Source: a virus. Taken from it: DNA of 64,000 nucleotides. The number at the start of each line of letters is the position of its first letter. The first letter of the stretch is position 1. Position numbers and translations under genes: made by a program. Location: the IMG/VR virus record IMGVR_UViG_3300005748_000015, positions 64,194-128,193 of that record; one strand, 5' to 3'. The notes under the pieces were generated by a model. It did not search any database and was not told where the DNA came from. It worked only from the letters and a program-made list of their open reading frames with translations. Positions 27,295 through 37,044 of this stretch are shown piece after piece.

Positions 27295-30288
27295 CTATAT
27301 ATCCCAGACAATTCCTTTTTTCTTGCCTGATTTCAAAGTGTTAACTGTTTTATTACCTGTTAAGTCATTAATTTTATTTTGCAGGGTTCTTGGGTTGCCT
27401 TTAATATTCTCTAAATCGTATGAAAACAATACCTTAGAACCACGTCCAAACATGCTGTGATGAAAATACCGTATCATATCCATGATATCAGCTACTCCAT
27501 CTTTCCCATGCTCAGGCTTGCCATCAATAGGGTTTCCCTTCCCATCAAGTTTTAATTTATAAGTTTCAAAAGAATCAAATACACGCTCGTTATTACGTGT
27601 TTTCAATACTTTAAAATGTCTATTATTATTAGCATCTACAATCTTAGCTTTAACAGCAGTAATTCCATCGATTACAGAGTCAGGCCCTTTCTTAACGCCA
27701 ATAGCTGGAATCTTGCCATATACTGTGTCTGTTTTTCTAAGCATCTTTATATATGCTGGATAGTTGGAATCACAAAACCATTTTTGAACTTTATATATTT
27801 CCGTTAATTCTTTAAGTTTTTCTTTAATTTCAGGTATTTCCATGCCTGGAGCTGCTGTCATATCAATTAGCCATGCCTTTCCACCAGCTATTTTTACAAA
27901 CACTCCTATTGCAGTTTCATCTGTATCACCCCAATCGGCAGCACCATAAAATTCAATACCAAGATTATGCATGTACTGAACTAATTCATCTAGTGTTTTG
28001 TTCTCAATCTTGTCACCTGACAAATACTCCCAAGCTTCGTCAATACCAATGGCATTTTGAACCGAGCAGAATCTAGGATAAACAAGTCCTGATGAACTAG
28101 GTTTGTTGCACAACAATTGTGCTTCGCCCATTTCTGGAGAGGTCTGTTTAAAGTTATTGTGAACAGCAAATATTGGCTTGTAAAGATTTCCAAAATCACC
28201 TTGAGGTCTATCTACCAACCAATTATGCATAACAGAAAGCATGGGATGTTCTGCAATCCCAGCATAAGCTTCAATTGCTTTATACTTATCTCTTGACTCT
28301 TCATTTATCTCGGCAAATTCTTCTGGCGATAAATTTTGCAAAGGAAGCTCTCGTGAAATATATCTTAATACCTTTTCTTCGTTAGTTCTAGCTTCTACAT
28401 TTGTAAGCCTTTCTGTAACATCAATAATATTCCAACGTAAAACTTCACCGCCAGATCGCTCTGTATCTTTGAGAGTTTTTTCCATTAACCCCCCTGCATA
28501 CTTTCTAGTAGATAAATACACAGTTAATGGAAAATAATTTTTATAAACTGAAGGAATCATTTTAGCTTCTTCCAACGCTCTTGGGTCTTGAACAACGTCA
28601 ATCTCATCCATAAAAAGCATAGGTACATGCTCAGAATTATGTACCAAAACACCATTAGCATAAAAGCTTTTTTGATGCTCATTGTTTGTATCGACTTGTA
28701 TATCTATAAGTTCTTGTTTTCCTATTAGTTCTATTTTTTCAATAGTTGTATTTAAATTATTTTTAATCGATTTTCTTAAATTTCTGCCGTATTTTAAATT
28801 GGACAAAGAACTATTGCTCCATGTAAAACCGGATGAAGGTTCTGTTTTTAACACAATATTTCCGGTATCTATTTCTCTTGTAAATTGAGAATGCTCTAAA
28901 GGAGGCAATAATTTGTACTTTAAACAGTTTGAAAAATAAGGTCTTATAACTGTTGACAATTCTCTTGATGAATTTTTTGATAATTTTACACCTGTATATT
29001 TGTCTTTTTTCCACAAAGAAGCCTCAAAACCATATTCTTTAAATTTATCAACTAACATCATATTTTCTTCTTTAGAAAAATTAAAAGTAGATATTTTAAT
29101 ACCTTGACTTTTGTGAACTCCAATTTTCTTAGAATTTACCGTACCATCATCCATTATTAAATAAGAAAAAGATTCTGGAGTCAACAATTTAATCCATTCT
29201 TTTGTTAATATTTTTTTGCCATTAATGTGAGTTATACTACTAATGTTTTTAAAAAAGTCATGACATTGAGTAGTTAATTTAAATTGATTATTTTTATCTT
29301 CACAAATGTTACAATGTATTCCATTAATTTCAAAAATATTTTTTGTATCATTTAGGTATTCTAATTGATCTTTTGTGTGGCTTACTTGAAACCTAACAGA
29401 ACCGCTAGGTAAAAAATTCAAAGAAGCATCACCCAACAATTGACCTAATACCATCTGATCAAGTCTTTTATCTATATCCAAAGAAAAAACTTCTTGTTTA
29501 CAATTTGTACCCTTAGTTTTTTCTTCCGTATGCAATTTATATCCTACCCTTAATTGGTCGGCAGTAATCCAACCTCTTTGAGTAAAAACCTGATGGTCAT
29601 CAGACAATATAAGCTCTGCTCCATTACTCAATATTATTTTTCTAGCTTCTTTTATAGTATAGCCAATTTTTTTGATAGGATTAAATACTTGTTTTTCTTG
29701 AATATAATCGTAAGTTTTTATAACATCCTCAACAAGTACATCTTTAGCTAATAAAACTCCCCTATCAGTGTCTACAAAAGCATATGGGGAAATACAATTC
29801 ATTCCAGCGACCGTAGCAACAACAATTCTAAGATAAATAGCATCGCCTTTGTCGGTAAGCCATTCAATCTTAGCTTTACTATCTGAAATCTTTTTCCAAT
29901 TGTTTTCTTCTAAATATGGACCTACTTTTCTAAAAAAAGAGTTGACATATTGAATTGCTTTTTCTGATTGCGATTTAATTGCCGCACCGTGAGCAACAGA
30001 GATTTCAAAATGAATCATACACAAAACTTCAATAGCAGCAGCTGATAGAGTCTTATAAGAGTCCCTTGATGCTAACATACAAACTTGTGGAACATCTCTA
30101 CTTCCACCAGTTTTCATAAGATTATAAATACGCCACATAGCATCTATAGGGCCGTGCGTAGAACCGGGGTAAACGACACCCATTGGAAATTTTATATCCA
30201 AATAAGTGTACATCCAATCCTGTAATTCCTGAGCACTATTAAGTGGTTTTAGGATTAGGTCTGCTTTAAGCTTTTCTAATTCATCCAT
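27295..30288 (-). CDS. terL: terminase large subunit containing an intein
   Basis: ASRDSYKT Walker A variant, LFMDEID Walker B, RNase H-like DWG...DIMDMIRY; next to portal. Confidence 0.88.
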   Translation of the reverse strand: MDELEKLKADLILKPLNSAQELQDWMYTYLDIKFPMGVVYPGSTHGPIDAMWRIYNLMKTGGSRDVPQVCMLASRDSYKTLSAAAIEVLCMIHFEISVAHGAAIKSQSEKAIQYVNSFFRKVGPYLEENNWKKISDSKAKIEWLTDKGDAIYLRIVVATVAGMNCISPYAFVDTDRGVLLAKDVLVEDVIKTYDYIQEKQVFNPIKKIGYTIKEARKIILSNGAELILSDDHQVFTQRGWITADQLRVGYKLHTEEKTKGTNCKQEVFSLDIDKRLDQMVLGQLLGDASLNFLPSGSVRFQVSHTKDQLEYLNDTKNIFEINGIHCNICEDKNNQFKLTTQCHDFFKNISSITHINGKKILTKEWIKLLTPESFSYLIMDDGTVNSKKIGVHKSQGIKISTFNFSKEENMMLVDKFKEYGFEASLWKKDKYTGVKLSKNSSRELSTVIRPYFSNCLKYKLLPPLEHSQFTREIDTGNIVLKTEPSSGFTWSNSSLSNLKYGRNLRKSIKNNLNTTIEKIELIGKQELIDIQVDTNNEHQKSFYANGVLVHNSEHVPMLFMDEIDVVQDPRALEEAKMIPSVYKNYFPLTVYLSTRKYAGGLMEKTLKDTERSGGEVLRWNIIDVTERLTNVEARTNEEKVLRYISRELPLQNLSPEEFAEINEESRDKYKAIEAYAGIAEHPMLSVMHNWLVDRPQGDFGNLYKPIFAVHNNFKQTSPEMGEAQLLCNKPSSSGLVYPRFCSVQNAIGIDEAWEYLSGDKIENKTLDELVQYMHNLGIEFYGAADWGDTDETAIGVFVKIAGGKAWLIDMTAAPGMEIPEIKEKLKELTEIYKVQKWFCDSNYPAYIKMLRKTDTVYGKIPAIGVKKGPDSVIDGITAVKAKIVDANNNRHFKVLKTRNNERVFDSFETYKLKLDGKGNPIDGKPEHGKDGVADIMDMIRYFHHSMFGRGSKVLFSYDLENIKGNPRTLQNKINDLTGNKTVNTLKSGKKKGIVWDI
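28636..29796 (-). mobile_element. intein with LAGLIDADG endonuclease, 387 aa, in terminase
   Basis: Starts CISPYAFV, SDDH block B, GQLLGDA and LIMDDG, ends LVHN before Ser+1. Confidence 0.93.
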
Positions 30289-30297
30289 TTTTTATTA

Positions 30298-33039
30298 TTA
30301 AGCCCTTATGTTAGCTTCGTTTATATATTCATCAGCATGATCAACAGCTCGTCTAAAATCTTGCTCTTCTTTCCACGCTTGTAATTCTAACTGGTTATCT
30401 CGTGGGCTGGCAATAATACCACCAAGATTACCCATAACACTTGCAATAGATACACTATTTTCTAATGCCTGAATAACGGCTTGAGAAGCATCAAAAATCC
30501 CAAGCTCTTCAGGACTACCAAATTCCATATTTTCAATATCGTAAACTTTAGTGGTGTTTTGAAAATAATCAGTGTAAATCTTGTCAATTTCTTCTTCTGT
30601 ATACCCAGCATTGCCCAATAACTTAGCAAGCGGCTCCATTAGACTTGGTATGAGAACTTGAGTTACAAGATTGTAATCTCTGTTATCTTCGTCATAATCT
30701 GAGTGCAATTTCATACAAAGATTTACTAAGACTCTACAGCCGCCCGGTAATGCTCCGTGTTTGATTGTACTTCTAACGGCACACACAGCATCTTCACATC
30801 TATCATGCCTTTCTTTAAGCTCACCATTAGATGCACCATAGATTTTAAGTTTAGCAATACCGTTTGTAAGTTTTCCAAGTCTTTCTTCAAGATCAAGTTT
30901 TTCGGCAATACTTGCTGCATTTGATAATTGAATCTCAAGCTCTTCAGCTCTCTCTTCAATGTTAAGCTCGTTTGGCTCACCGACTACTGTAGCTCTAAAC
31001 CTATAGTATTCAAATATTTCCATATCTGAGCCAAGGTCTTCAAGTGTAGCGTTTGATACTTGATTGGTCATATCAAAAATTTTAGCCCCAGTAAATGCGG
31101 CTAAATCATGAAGAAATTCAAGTCTTGAATTTTTAATATTTGTCATTGGAGTTGCCACAGGTACAACATTTAATGTAGTAGGATTTGAAAAGTTAAACGC
31201 CAAGTTAGTAAGTACATTTTCAGAAAAGCCGTGTGATACAAGAACTAGATTGCTGAATTCTGAATTACCTTCGTTAACATATTTTTCTCCTAAAGCCTCA
31301 ATTAAAGGCAAAAAAGAAACAAGATCATTAACTATACCATCAAACAAAAGAAATAATGGCTTATCTAACTTACATCGTTGGTTAGCTTTATCATTAATAA
31401 ATGCAGTATTAAACTTACCAATGGACTCTTCGTATCCAATAGCTATTGGCAAACCTTCAATAAGCTCCACCTCATACCCACCTGGGCCAGATAGCTCTTG
31501 AATTGTAACATGAGAAGACTCTCCAAACCCTACTTTTTCAAAAGCATCCATAACTGCTTCTGCCATTTCTTCATCACCATTAGCAGATACTTGTGCAACT
31601 TTTTTTAGTAAATGTTGATTTTCAAGGTCAATTTGTATTGCCTGTTCTTTTACAGCAGGAATCAATTGTTTTTTTATAATTTTATTTAAGACCCTAGTAG
31701 ATCGTTGAGGCGACTCTTTGGGGTTATTCTTACAATACTCAAAAAGACTTTTAACCAGAGTGGCTGAGATAATAGTAGTGGCAGTTGTATTGTGCGTAGT
31801 AATAAAGTTATCTGTGATATATAGATGGTTTTTATTGCTAACTTTAATACATTGCATTTCTACTTCTTTATCTGTTTTGATTACGTCTACGATTTTATCT
31901 CCAAATTTATACCCCTTTAATTGTGTAATTCTATGAATAGGAGTGTCTGAATATGAATTTGGGTCATTTTCCCTAGTGTGTAATTTATAATTCACACTAA
32001 TACCCAGGCTTCTCACTAAAGTTAAGAAGTCTTGTGCAAGCTCATCACTAACAGTAGAATATTCAAATAGACCTCTAATGTTAATGTGCCCATCAGTAGC
32101 CAGTAACCCTTCTAACAAGGCTTTTCTGCTCTCGATTGAAGAGTACAAATATGACTTGGGAATAAATTTAGTGTGACTATTGCGGTTAGCTAACCCTAAA
32201 GCTCTAACACTATCTCTAACTTCTTTGAGTTTAACTCTTATATAGTTTTTTTCAAGTACATATTGGACATTTTTTACATATTTTTCTATTTTTTTAATTA
32301 CAGGCTCATCGTTTAGACTTAAAGCAAGTTCTACACTTCCTTTGTCACTCAAAGAACCATCTCCTAATAGTGCTCCAACAAGAAAGGGGTCTAATGGCAT
32401 TTCAGCTTTACATTCATCGAATTCAACAGGAGATTTAGGAGTGTAATATTCATATTGGATTTGCCCATTTGACTTAGTCCTGTAAATGCATTTGCTTATT
32501 TCCTCTGTAGTAATAACCTTTTCGGTACCATTGTTTGTTGTTACATTCCATAGATGATCAGGGCAACACTCTACTTTTCTACCATCTGAAAAAATAACTG
32601 TATAGAGTTTTTTCTTTCCCTTAGGAAAAACCCCTTCTACTGTTTGAATAGTTCCGTTAGTACCGCACACTTCCATTCCTATTTCAACATCTCCCATCTC
32701 AATAAAACCTGTCGGTGTTAAAACCTTTGCTGTCAAAGGTTGAGGGCCGTCACCAGCTTCACTAGCCGTTCTTTGGGCGGCATCTCTAGTTTGCTCAATA
32801 ATCAAATGCTTAAATGGATCAGAAGACCCTAAGCTCTTGAAAATAGTAACACCATCTTTTGTATTTTTATTAGGAATTCCAGGGTATTCACTCTCAATAA
32901 GCGTTGTTTTACCACCTGGTCCATAGCTAGAGCCTACAATCTCTGCAACCTCATCCATAGTAATAGATGTAATTCTTTGAAGCTTGTCAGGGTCAGAACA
33001 ATACATCTTAGCTGGTGTTTTAACCTTTTTAACTGTCAT
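30298..33039 (-). CDS. groEL: GroEL-like chaperonin containing an intein
   Basis: SYGPGG, TKDGVT, AGDG|TTATT, SANGD, ERLGKL, EDAVCA, PGGC. Confidence 0.92.
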   Translation of the reverse strand: MTVKKVKTPAKMYCSDPDKLQRITSITMDEVAEIVGSSYGPGGKTTLIESEYPGIPNKNTKDGVTIFKSLGSSDPFKHLIIEQTRDAAQRTASEAGDGPQPLTAKVLTPTGFIEMGDVEIGMEVCGTNGTIQTVEGVFPKGKKKLYTVIFSDGRKVECCPDHLWNVTTNNGTEKVITTEEISKCIYRTKSNGQIQYEYYTPKSPVEFDECKAEMPLDPFLVGALLGDGSLSDKGSVELALSLNDEPVIKKIEKYVKNVQYVLEKNYIRVKLKEVRDSVRALGLANRNSHTKFIPKSYLYSSIESRKALLEGLLATDGHINIRGLFEYSTVSDELAQDFLTLVRSLGISVNYKLHTRENDPNSYSDTPIHRITQLKGYKFGDKIVDVIKTDKEVEMQCIKVSNKNHLYITDNFITTHNTTATTIISATLVKSLFEYCKNNPKESPQRSTRVLNKIIKKQLIPAVKEQAIQIDLENQHLLKKVAQVSANGDEEMAEAVMDAFEKVGFGESSHVTIQELSGPGGYEVELIEGLPIAIGYEESIGKFNTAFINDKANQRCKLDKPLFLLFDGIVNDLVSFLPLIEALGEKYVNEGNSEFSNLVLVSHGFSENVLTNLAFNFSNPTTLNVVPVATPMTNIKNSRLEFLHDLAAFTGAKIFDMTNQVSNATLEDLGSDMEIFEYYRFRATVVGEPNELNIEERAEELEIQLSNAASIAEKLDLEERLGKLTNGIAKLKIYGASNGELKERHDRCEDAVCAVRSTIKHGALPGGCRVLVNLCMKLHSDYDEDNRDYNLVTQVLIPSLMEPLAKLLGNAGYTEEEIDKIYTDYFQNTTKVYDIENMEFGSPEELGIFDASQAVIQALENSVSIASVMGNLGGIIASPRDNQLELQAWKEEQDFRRAVDHADEYINEANIRA
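31789..32745 (-). mobile_element. class-3-type intein with LAGLIDADG endonuclease, 319 aa, in GroEL
   Basis: Starts with Pro (PQPL); PDHLW (block B Trp), MQCI (block F Cys), YITD...THN before Thr+1; GALLGDG and GLLATDG. Confidence 0.9.
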
Positions 33040-33070
33040 ATGTTTACTCCTTTACATATATAATATCACA

Positions 33071-33358
33071 CTATAATTCAAGATTTTTTAATACTTTTTT
33101 TATATTATCAAAGGCAACTGCTTTTTGGACTGTATCAGGATTTCCTTCTAGAAAAGAAAAAACCTTATCAATAGCCTCATTTTCATCACCTTCGCCATAA
33201 TCGGCAGAGTCTACCCATTCAATGTCGTGAGCTGCTTCAGCACACAACAATAAAAGCTGTGCAAACGCAGCTCTTTTAGGGTTGCTATTCTGATCTCTTA
33301 TTTCATATGCAAAGGCTTCTATTTTAAAACATATATAGTCATAACTTCCACCACTCAT
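33071..33358 (-). CDS. conserved phage hypothetical protein
   Basis: MSGGSYDY...HDIEWVDSADYG motif. Confidence 0.7.
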   Translation of the reverse strand: MSGGSYDYICFKIEAFAYEIRDQNSNPKRAAFAQLLLLCAEAAHDIEWVDSADYGEGDENEAIDKVFSFLEGNPDTVQKAVAFDNIKKVLKNLEL

Positions 33359-33543
33359 GACAATTTTTCCTCCATCTTTTCAAAACATTCTTTACAGTAG
33401 CTTGTGCCTTTAAGGTATTCTTCTTTTCTAGCCTCTCCGCCATATTGAGTAAACGACCATACTTCATCGCATTTCTTTTTACACCCTCGCATGGAACAGG
33501 TAAATTCTTTATTTATTTCAGCTCTAGTTGGCCCTTTACTCAT
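33355..33543 (-). CDS. small Zn-finger protein
   Basis: CSMRGC...YCKEC. Confidence 0.6.
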   Translation of the reverse strand: MSKGPTRAEINKEFTCSMRGCKKKCDEVWSFTQYGGEARKEEYLKGTSYCKECFEKMEEKLS

Positions 33544-34237
33544 CTTCGCTCTCCTTTCTTACTATTATTACAATTGGAGGATTATCTGGTTTATAAGCCA
33601 AAGTGCAAGTGGAAGCATTTACAAAAGTTGTCTCTCCTAAATCTAAAAAACCATATTGCTCATGGATATGTCCAAAAACATGTAATTTAGGTTTTACTTC
33701 TTGCACTTTTTCCCATAATAACGGACACCCAACCTCAATACCTTGATAATAAGTAACATCTAAAACACCCTTGGGTGGCCCATGTGTTAATAGCACATCA
33801 GTATCATCTGGAATTAAATCCCAGTGTGGCTTGATTGGTTTGTACGGTGCATAATTAGCAATTTCTGATGCAGTTCTAGTGTCTTTTACATCTCTATTCC
33901 AAGCCCAACCATGTCCAAATCTAGGGGTAACTGGGCTACCGTGAAATTTGATACCATCAATTGTAACGCTTGAATCCATTAAGTAAACAATATTTTTTGA
34001 CGCACACATTCTTTTAAAATTATCATGTGCTTGTGTACCTATGTCGTGATTTCCTGCAATTAAAATTGCATGTTTGTATTTTTTACCCACTAAACTACCA
34101 TACCAATCTGTAAAGTTTTCAAGCTCATGTTCGTATCCTCTGGAACTAAAATCTCCAGTATGAACAATCACATCACCATCTGGTAATTTAATTTTCTTGT
34201 GAAAATTATGTGTATCTGATATACATACTATTCTCAT
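33536..34237 (-). CDS. metallophosphoesterase (MPPED-like)
   Basis: ISDTH, HTGD, AGNHD, THGPP, FGHIHE. Confidence 0.9.
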   Translation of the reverse strand: MRIVCISDTHNFHKKIKLPDGDVIVHTGDFSSRGYEHELENFTDWYGSLVGKKYKHAILIAGNHDIGTQAHDNFKRMCASKNIVYLMDSSVTIDGIKFHGSPVTPRFGHGWAWNRDVKDTRTASEIANYAPYKPIKPHWDLIPDDTDVLLTHGPPKGVLDVTYYQGIEVGCPLLWEKVQEVKPKLHVFGHIHEQYGFLDLGETTFVNASTCTLAYKPDNPPIVIIVRKESEDE

Positions 34238-34426
34238 TTAATGCCTTCCTCGCAATTTCTATCATATCACGATCATCAGTTGAACGCTTATCTTTAATGC
34301 TGAAATCTAATATTTCCTGTAAAGCCGATCTTAGTCTTTCAATCTCTCCAGCATTACAACAACGGCCCATAGAACAAGGTCTTAGGCCGTATTTTTCAGT
34401 AATTTCTTGTTGCTTACGCCAATGCA

Positions 34427-34648
34427 TTAATATTCTCCATCCCAGAAATAAACTGTACAACCTTCTTTTTTAAAATCCACAGCATCAAACAACTCTAAAT
34501 CATGGTTTTTAGCAGGGTATTTTTCTCTCGGATATCTACCTTTTAATGTTTTCTCAGCCAATTCAAAAGCCTGTATCTCATCAGCAGCAACAACTATTAT
34601 TGTACCTCCCAAGGCTTCGCCATCAAAAGCATAGTGGTATATTTTCAT
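34427..34648 (-). CDS. hypothetical protein
   Basis: ATGA-coupled ORF. Confidence 0.6.
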   Translation of the reverse strand: MKIYHYAFDGEALGGTIIVVAADEIQAFELAEKTLKGRYPREKYPAKNHDLELFDAVDFKKEGCTVYFWDGEY

Positions 34649-35637
34649 CCCATTAATCCCATTTTCTTTTGAATTTTGGCAAATGCAGCTTCGATTTTCT
34701 TTTTATGCTCTCTCATCTCTTTAATTACTTGGCCAAAAGTCTTGTCATGTAGTTCTGATCTAATAACAATCTCACTAATATGAGCAATACTTAGACCGTC
34801 AGCATCTTTACTAGCTAATGCGTCAGCTTCAACTTCTGTAACCTCACGACCAGCAATATGTGTAGCCAATGCAATTCTTTCTTGTGCATTAGGCCCTTCA
34901 AGTTCAAACATTTGATCGAAACGACCTGGTCTATCCGCTAGTGATTTCAATAAACTCTCAGGAGTGTTTGTCGTTGCAATGGTAAAGGTAGGCACTCTAA
35001 AGCTTACCGATGCACCGTCAAGTAATTCAAGAAGCCCTGAATCAGCTGTTTTAGGCCCATGGTATCCTTCGGCATTTCCACCGCCAATATCTTCCATTAC
35101 AAAGATCATACGTGTACATTTCTTAGAAAATTTAGAGCCAGTTGAGAAGAACTTACCTACAGAGCTAGGTCTAAGGTCTGAAGTATCCCAAAAAATAACA
35201 ACAGTTCCTGGGTCTTCTGCAATAAACTCTTGGCTAATCTTAGCAATTGTAGAAGATTTACCCATTCCTGGCTGTGAATACAGTAAGATAGCTCGTCTAG
35301 GGTCTTTCTTGTATTTCTTATAAACATCTAATTTGCTAAAGAAAGTCTTAGCTTCTTTCTCAATAAGCTGAGTGTTGGTAGCTGTTTCTAGTAAATTATG
35401 AATCTTAAGCTCAAGTTTTTTAGGCCTAATACCTACGTTTGTTTGTTCCAACGTAAAAATACCAGGTTTAATAGTAAACTTGTCTTTATCTTCTTCTTCT
35501 TCAAGATATTCATATTGAATAATATGAGTGTCAGTTTGAAATGCCAGATCAGATTCTGGTATCTCTTTAACCAATCCAGCTTCAATATCTTCTAGCTTAA
35601 ACCTTTCTCTTAATACAAATTTTCCTTCATCACTCAT
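34645..35637 (-). CDS. AAA+ ATPase
   Basis: PGMGKS, FVMEDI, LLELLDG, TTN, DRPGRFD. Confidence 0.88.
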   Translation of the reverse strand: MSDEGKFVLRERFKLEDIEAGLVKEIPESDLAFQTDTHIIQYEYLEEEEDKDKFTIKPGIFTLEQTNVGIRPKKLELKIHNLLETATNTQLIEKEAKTFFSKLDVYKKYKKDPRRAILLYSQPGMGKSSTIAKISQEFIAEDPGTVVIFWDTSDLRPSSVGKFFSTGSKFSKKCTRMIFVMEDIGGGNAEGYHGPKTADSGLLELLDGASVSFRVPTFTIATTNTPESLLKSLADRPGRFDQMFELEGPNAQERIALATHIAGREVTEVEADALASKDADGLSIAHISEIVIRSELHDKTFGQVIKEMREHKKKIEAAFAKIQKKMGLMG

Positions 35638-35888
35638 TTTTTAACTCCTATTCCACCCTCGTCAAATTTCCATTTTCTTTTACCCAAACCATTCCATTTA
35701 CCTGCATAGCTGCCATTTTTTGATTCACCATCCATTTCAAAACATCTATCATTTGAAAAATATTCCATTTTCTTCATTATTTGCCATCTTTCTGATCCTC
35801 TAAATTTATCAAAATTATCGGTATCACCATAAAAATAGTAAATCTCAGAAATTTCTGGGTCATTTTTAATTTTTCTTATTTGGTTCAT
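35634..35888 (-). CDS. hypothetical protein
   Basis: Coupled ORF. Confidence 0.55.
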   Translation of the reverse strand: MNQIRKIKNDPEISEIYYFYGDTDNFDKFRGSERWQIMKKMEYFSNDRCFEMDGESKNGSYAGKWNGLGKRKWKFDEGGIGVKK

Positions 35889-35889
35889 T

Positions 35890-36480
35890 TTAATCCCATA
35901 AGGTAGGTTTTGGTTTCTTTTTAACCACCTTCTTCTTTACTTTACCATCATCCTTTGGAGTTGTCAAGACATTGATCTCAGCATTTTCTGGTATTTTTAG
36001 TGGTTCTTCCAGTATTTTTTCTATATCTTCTTTTTTCAAGTCTTTAGGCTCATCTATGACTTGAATATCTTTGTCCTCGTCAGGCAAACCTTCCAGTTCT
36101 TCAGGTAAAACTTTTGAATATTGAATTTCTTTTACTTTTTCCTTAATATCCTGCTCCATTTCTTCACCAAACTTAATATCAGGTTTGTAAAACTTTAATT
36201 TATCTACAGTATTGAAGGAATTCATGCCATCGGCAAGTTGCTCTCTAAGCTTTTCCATTCTACTTTCTAACGTGTTTATTTTTAATTGGGCGATTTCTTG
36301 TTGAAAGAACAGTTCAACTAGACGCATTTCAAGCTCATTAAAAGGTCTATTTTTAAGATAGGCGTTCCAGTAGTCTTTTGTGCAAGGTACTGATTTCGCC
36401 CAGTTATGCTGATCTTCGTGCGATACTGTGGCTTTGAAATCTGCTGGTTGTCCTGTAAATATGCATTTTCTCTTAGTCAT
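35890..36480 (-). CDS. hypothetical protein, leaderless
   Basis: ATG 6 nt after the -10 box of the promoter at 36487-36515. Confidence 0.7.
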   Translation of the reverse strand: MTKRKCIFTGQPADFKATVSHEDQHNWAKSVPCTKDYWNAYLKNRPFNELEMRLVELFFQQEIAQLKINTLESRMEKLREQLADGMNSFNTVDKLKFYKPDIKFGEEMEQDIKEKVKEIQYSKVLPEELEGLPDEDKDIQVIDEPKDLKKEDIEKILEEPLKIPENAEINVLTTPKDDGKVKKKVVKKKPKPTLWD

Positions 36481-36486
36481 ACCTAC

Positions 36487-36515
36487 ATAGTATCATATGT
36501 GGGGATTTTTGGCAA
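36487..36515 (-). promoter_or_regulatory. sigma70-type promoter
   Basis: TTGCCA-17 nt-TACTAT with extended TG. Confidence 0.75.
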
Positions 36516-36516
36516 T

Positions 36517-36542
36517 AAAAAAGCCTCCCATTCAGGAGGCTT
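36517..36542 (-). terminator. intrinsic terminator after the tail tube gene
   Basis: AAGCCTCC/GGAGGCTT stem followed by a T-run. Confidence 0.85.
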
Positions 36543-36567
36543 AAAAATATTAGTTTGAGGCTCTATG

Positions 36568-37020
36568 CTATGGAAGCGTAGTTGCTCCATCACTTTCGTC
36601 TTGATCACCAGACTCATCAGACAAGATTGTTCCAAGGTATGTAATGTTAAATCTAGTAGTACCCTTAGCTTGTTGAGCTTCACTCCAACTTTGAGGAACA
36701 CAGTTTTTAACAATCATAATGTTTGAACCGCTTTGTCTATCTTCAACTTCTAGCTGAACAGTGTCAAAATTTAGTAAATCTTGTAGTTGTGGTGCGGCTG
36801 GAAGCACGTGAACACCTTGGTCTACAATTCTAAATCCAGAACATGATACCTGTATAGCTTCGTAACTAGTTATTGAAATTTCGTCAGCAGAGTATCTTCC
36901 TAGAATATGAATAGGTTCTGTACCAATATTAGCACCGTACTGGCAAGAATCAAAAACGCCAACTATATTACCGTCAACTCTTACTTTTGCTCTTGCGCCT
37001 GTCATTGTTTTCTGAGCCAT
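36568..37020 (-). CDS. tail tube protein
   Basis: 150 aa, beta-rich, immediately after the sheath gene. Confidence 0.8.
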   Translation of the reverse strand: MAQKTMTGARAKVRVDGNIVGVFDSCQYGANIGTEPIHILGRYSADEISITSYEAIQVSCSGFRIVDQGVHVLPAAPQLQDLLNFDTVQLEVEDRQSGSNIMIVKNCVPQSWSEAQQAKGTTRFNITYLGTILSDESGDQDESDGATTLP

Positions 37021-37044
37021 TTTATTCTCCTTATATTATATTAA

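Noticed and set aside
34206-34460. 84-aa ORF as called in the track
   Set aside because: Probably coding from a later start, but the start is ambiguous and no function is supportable
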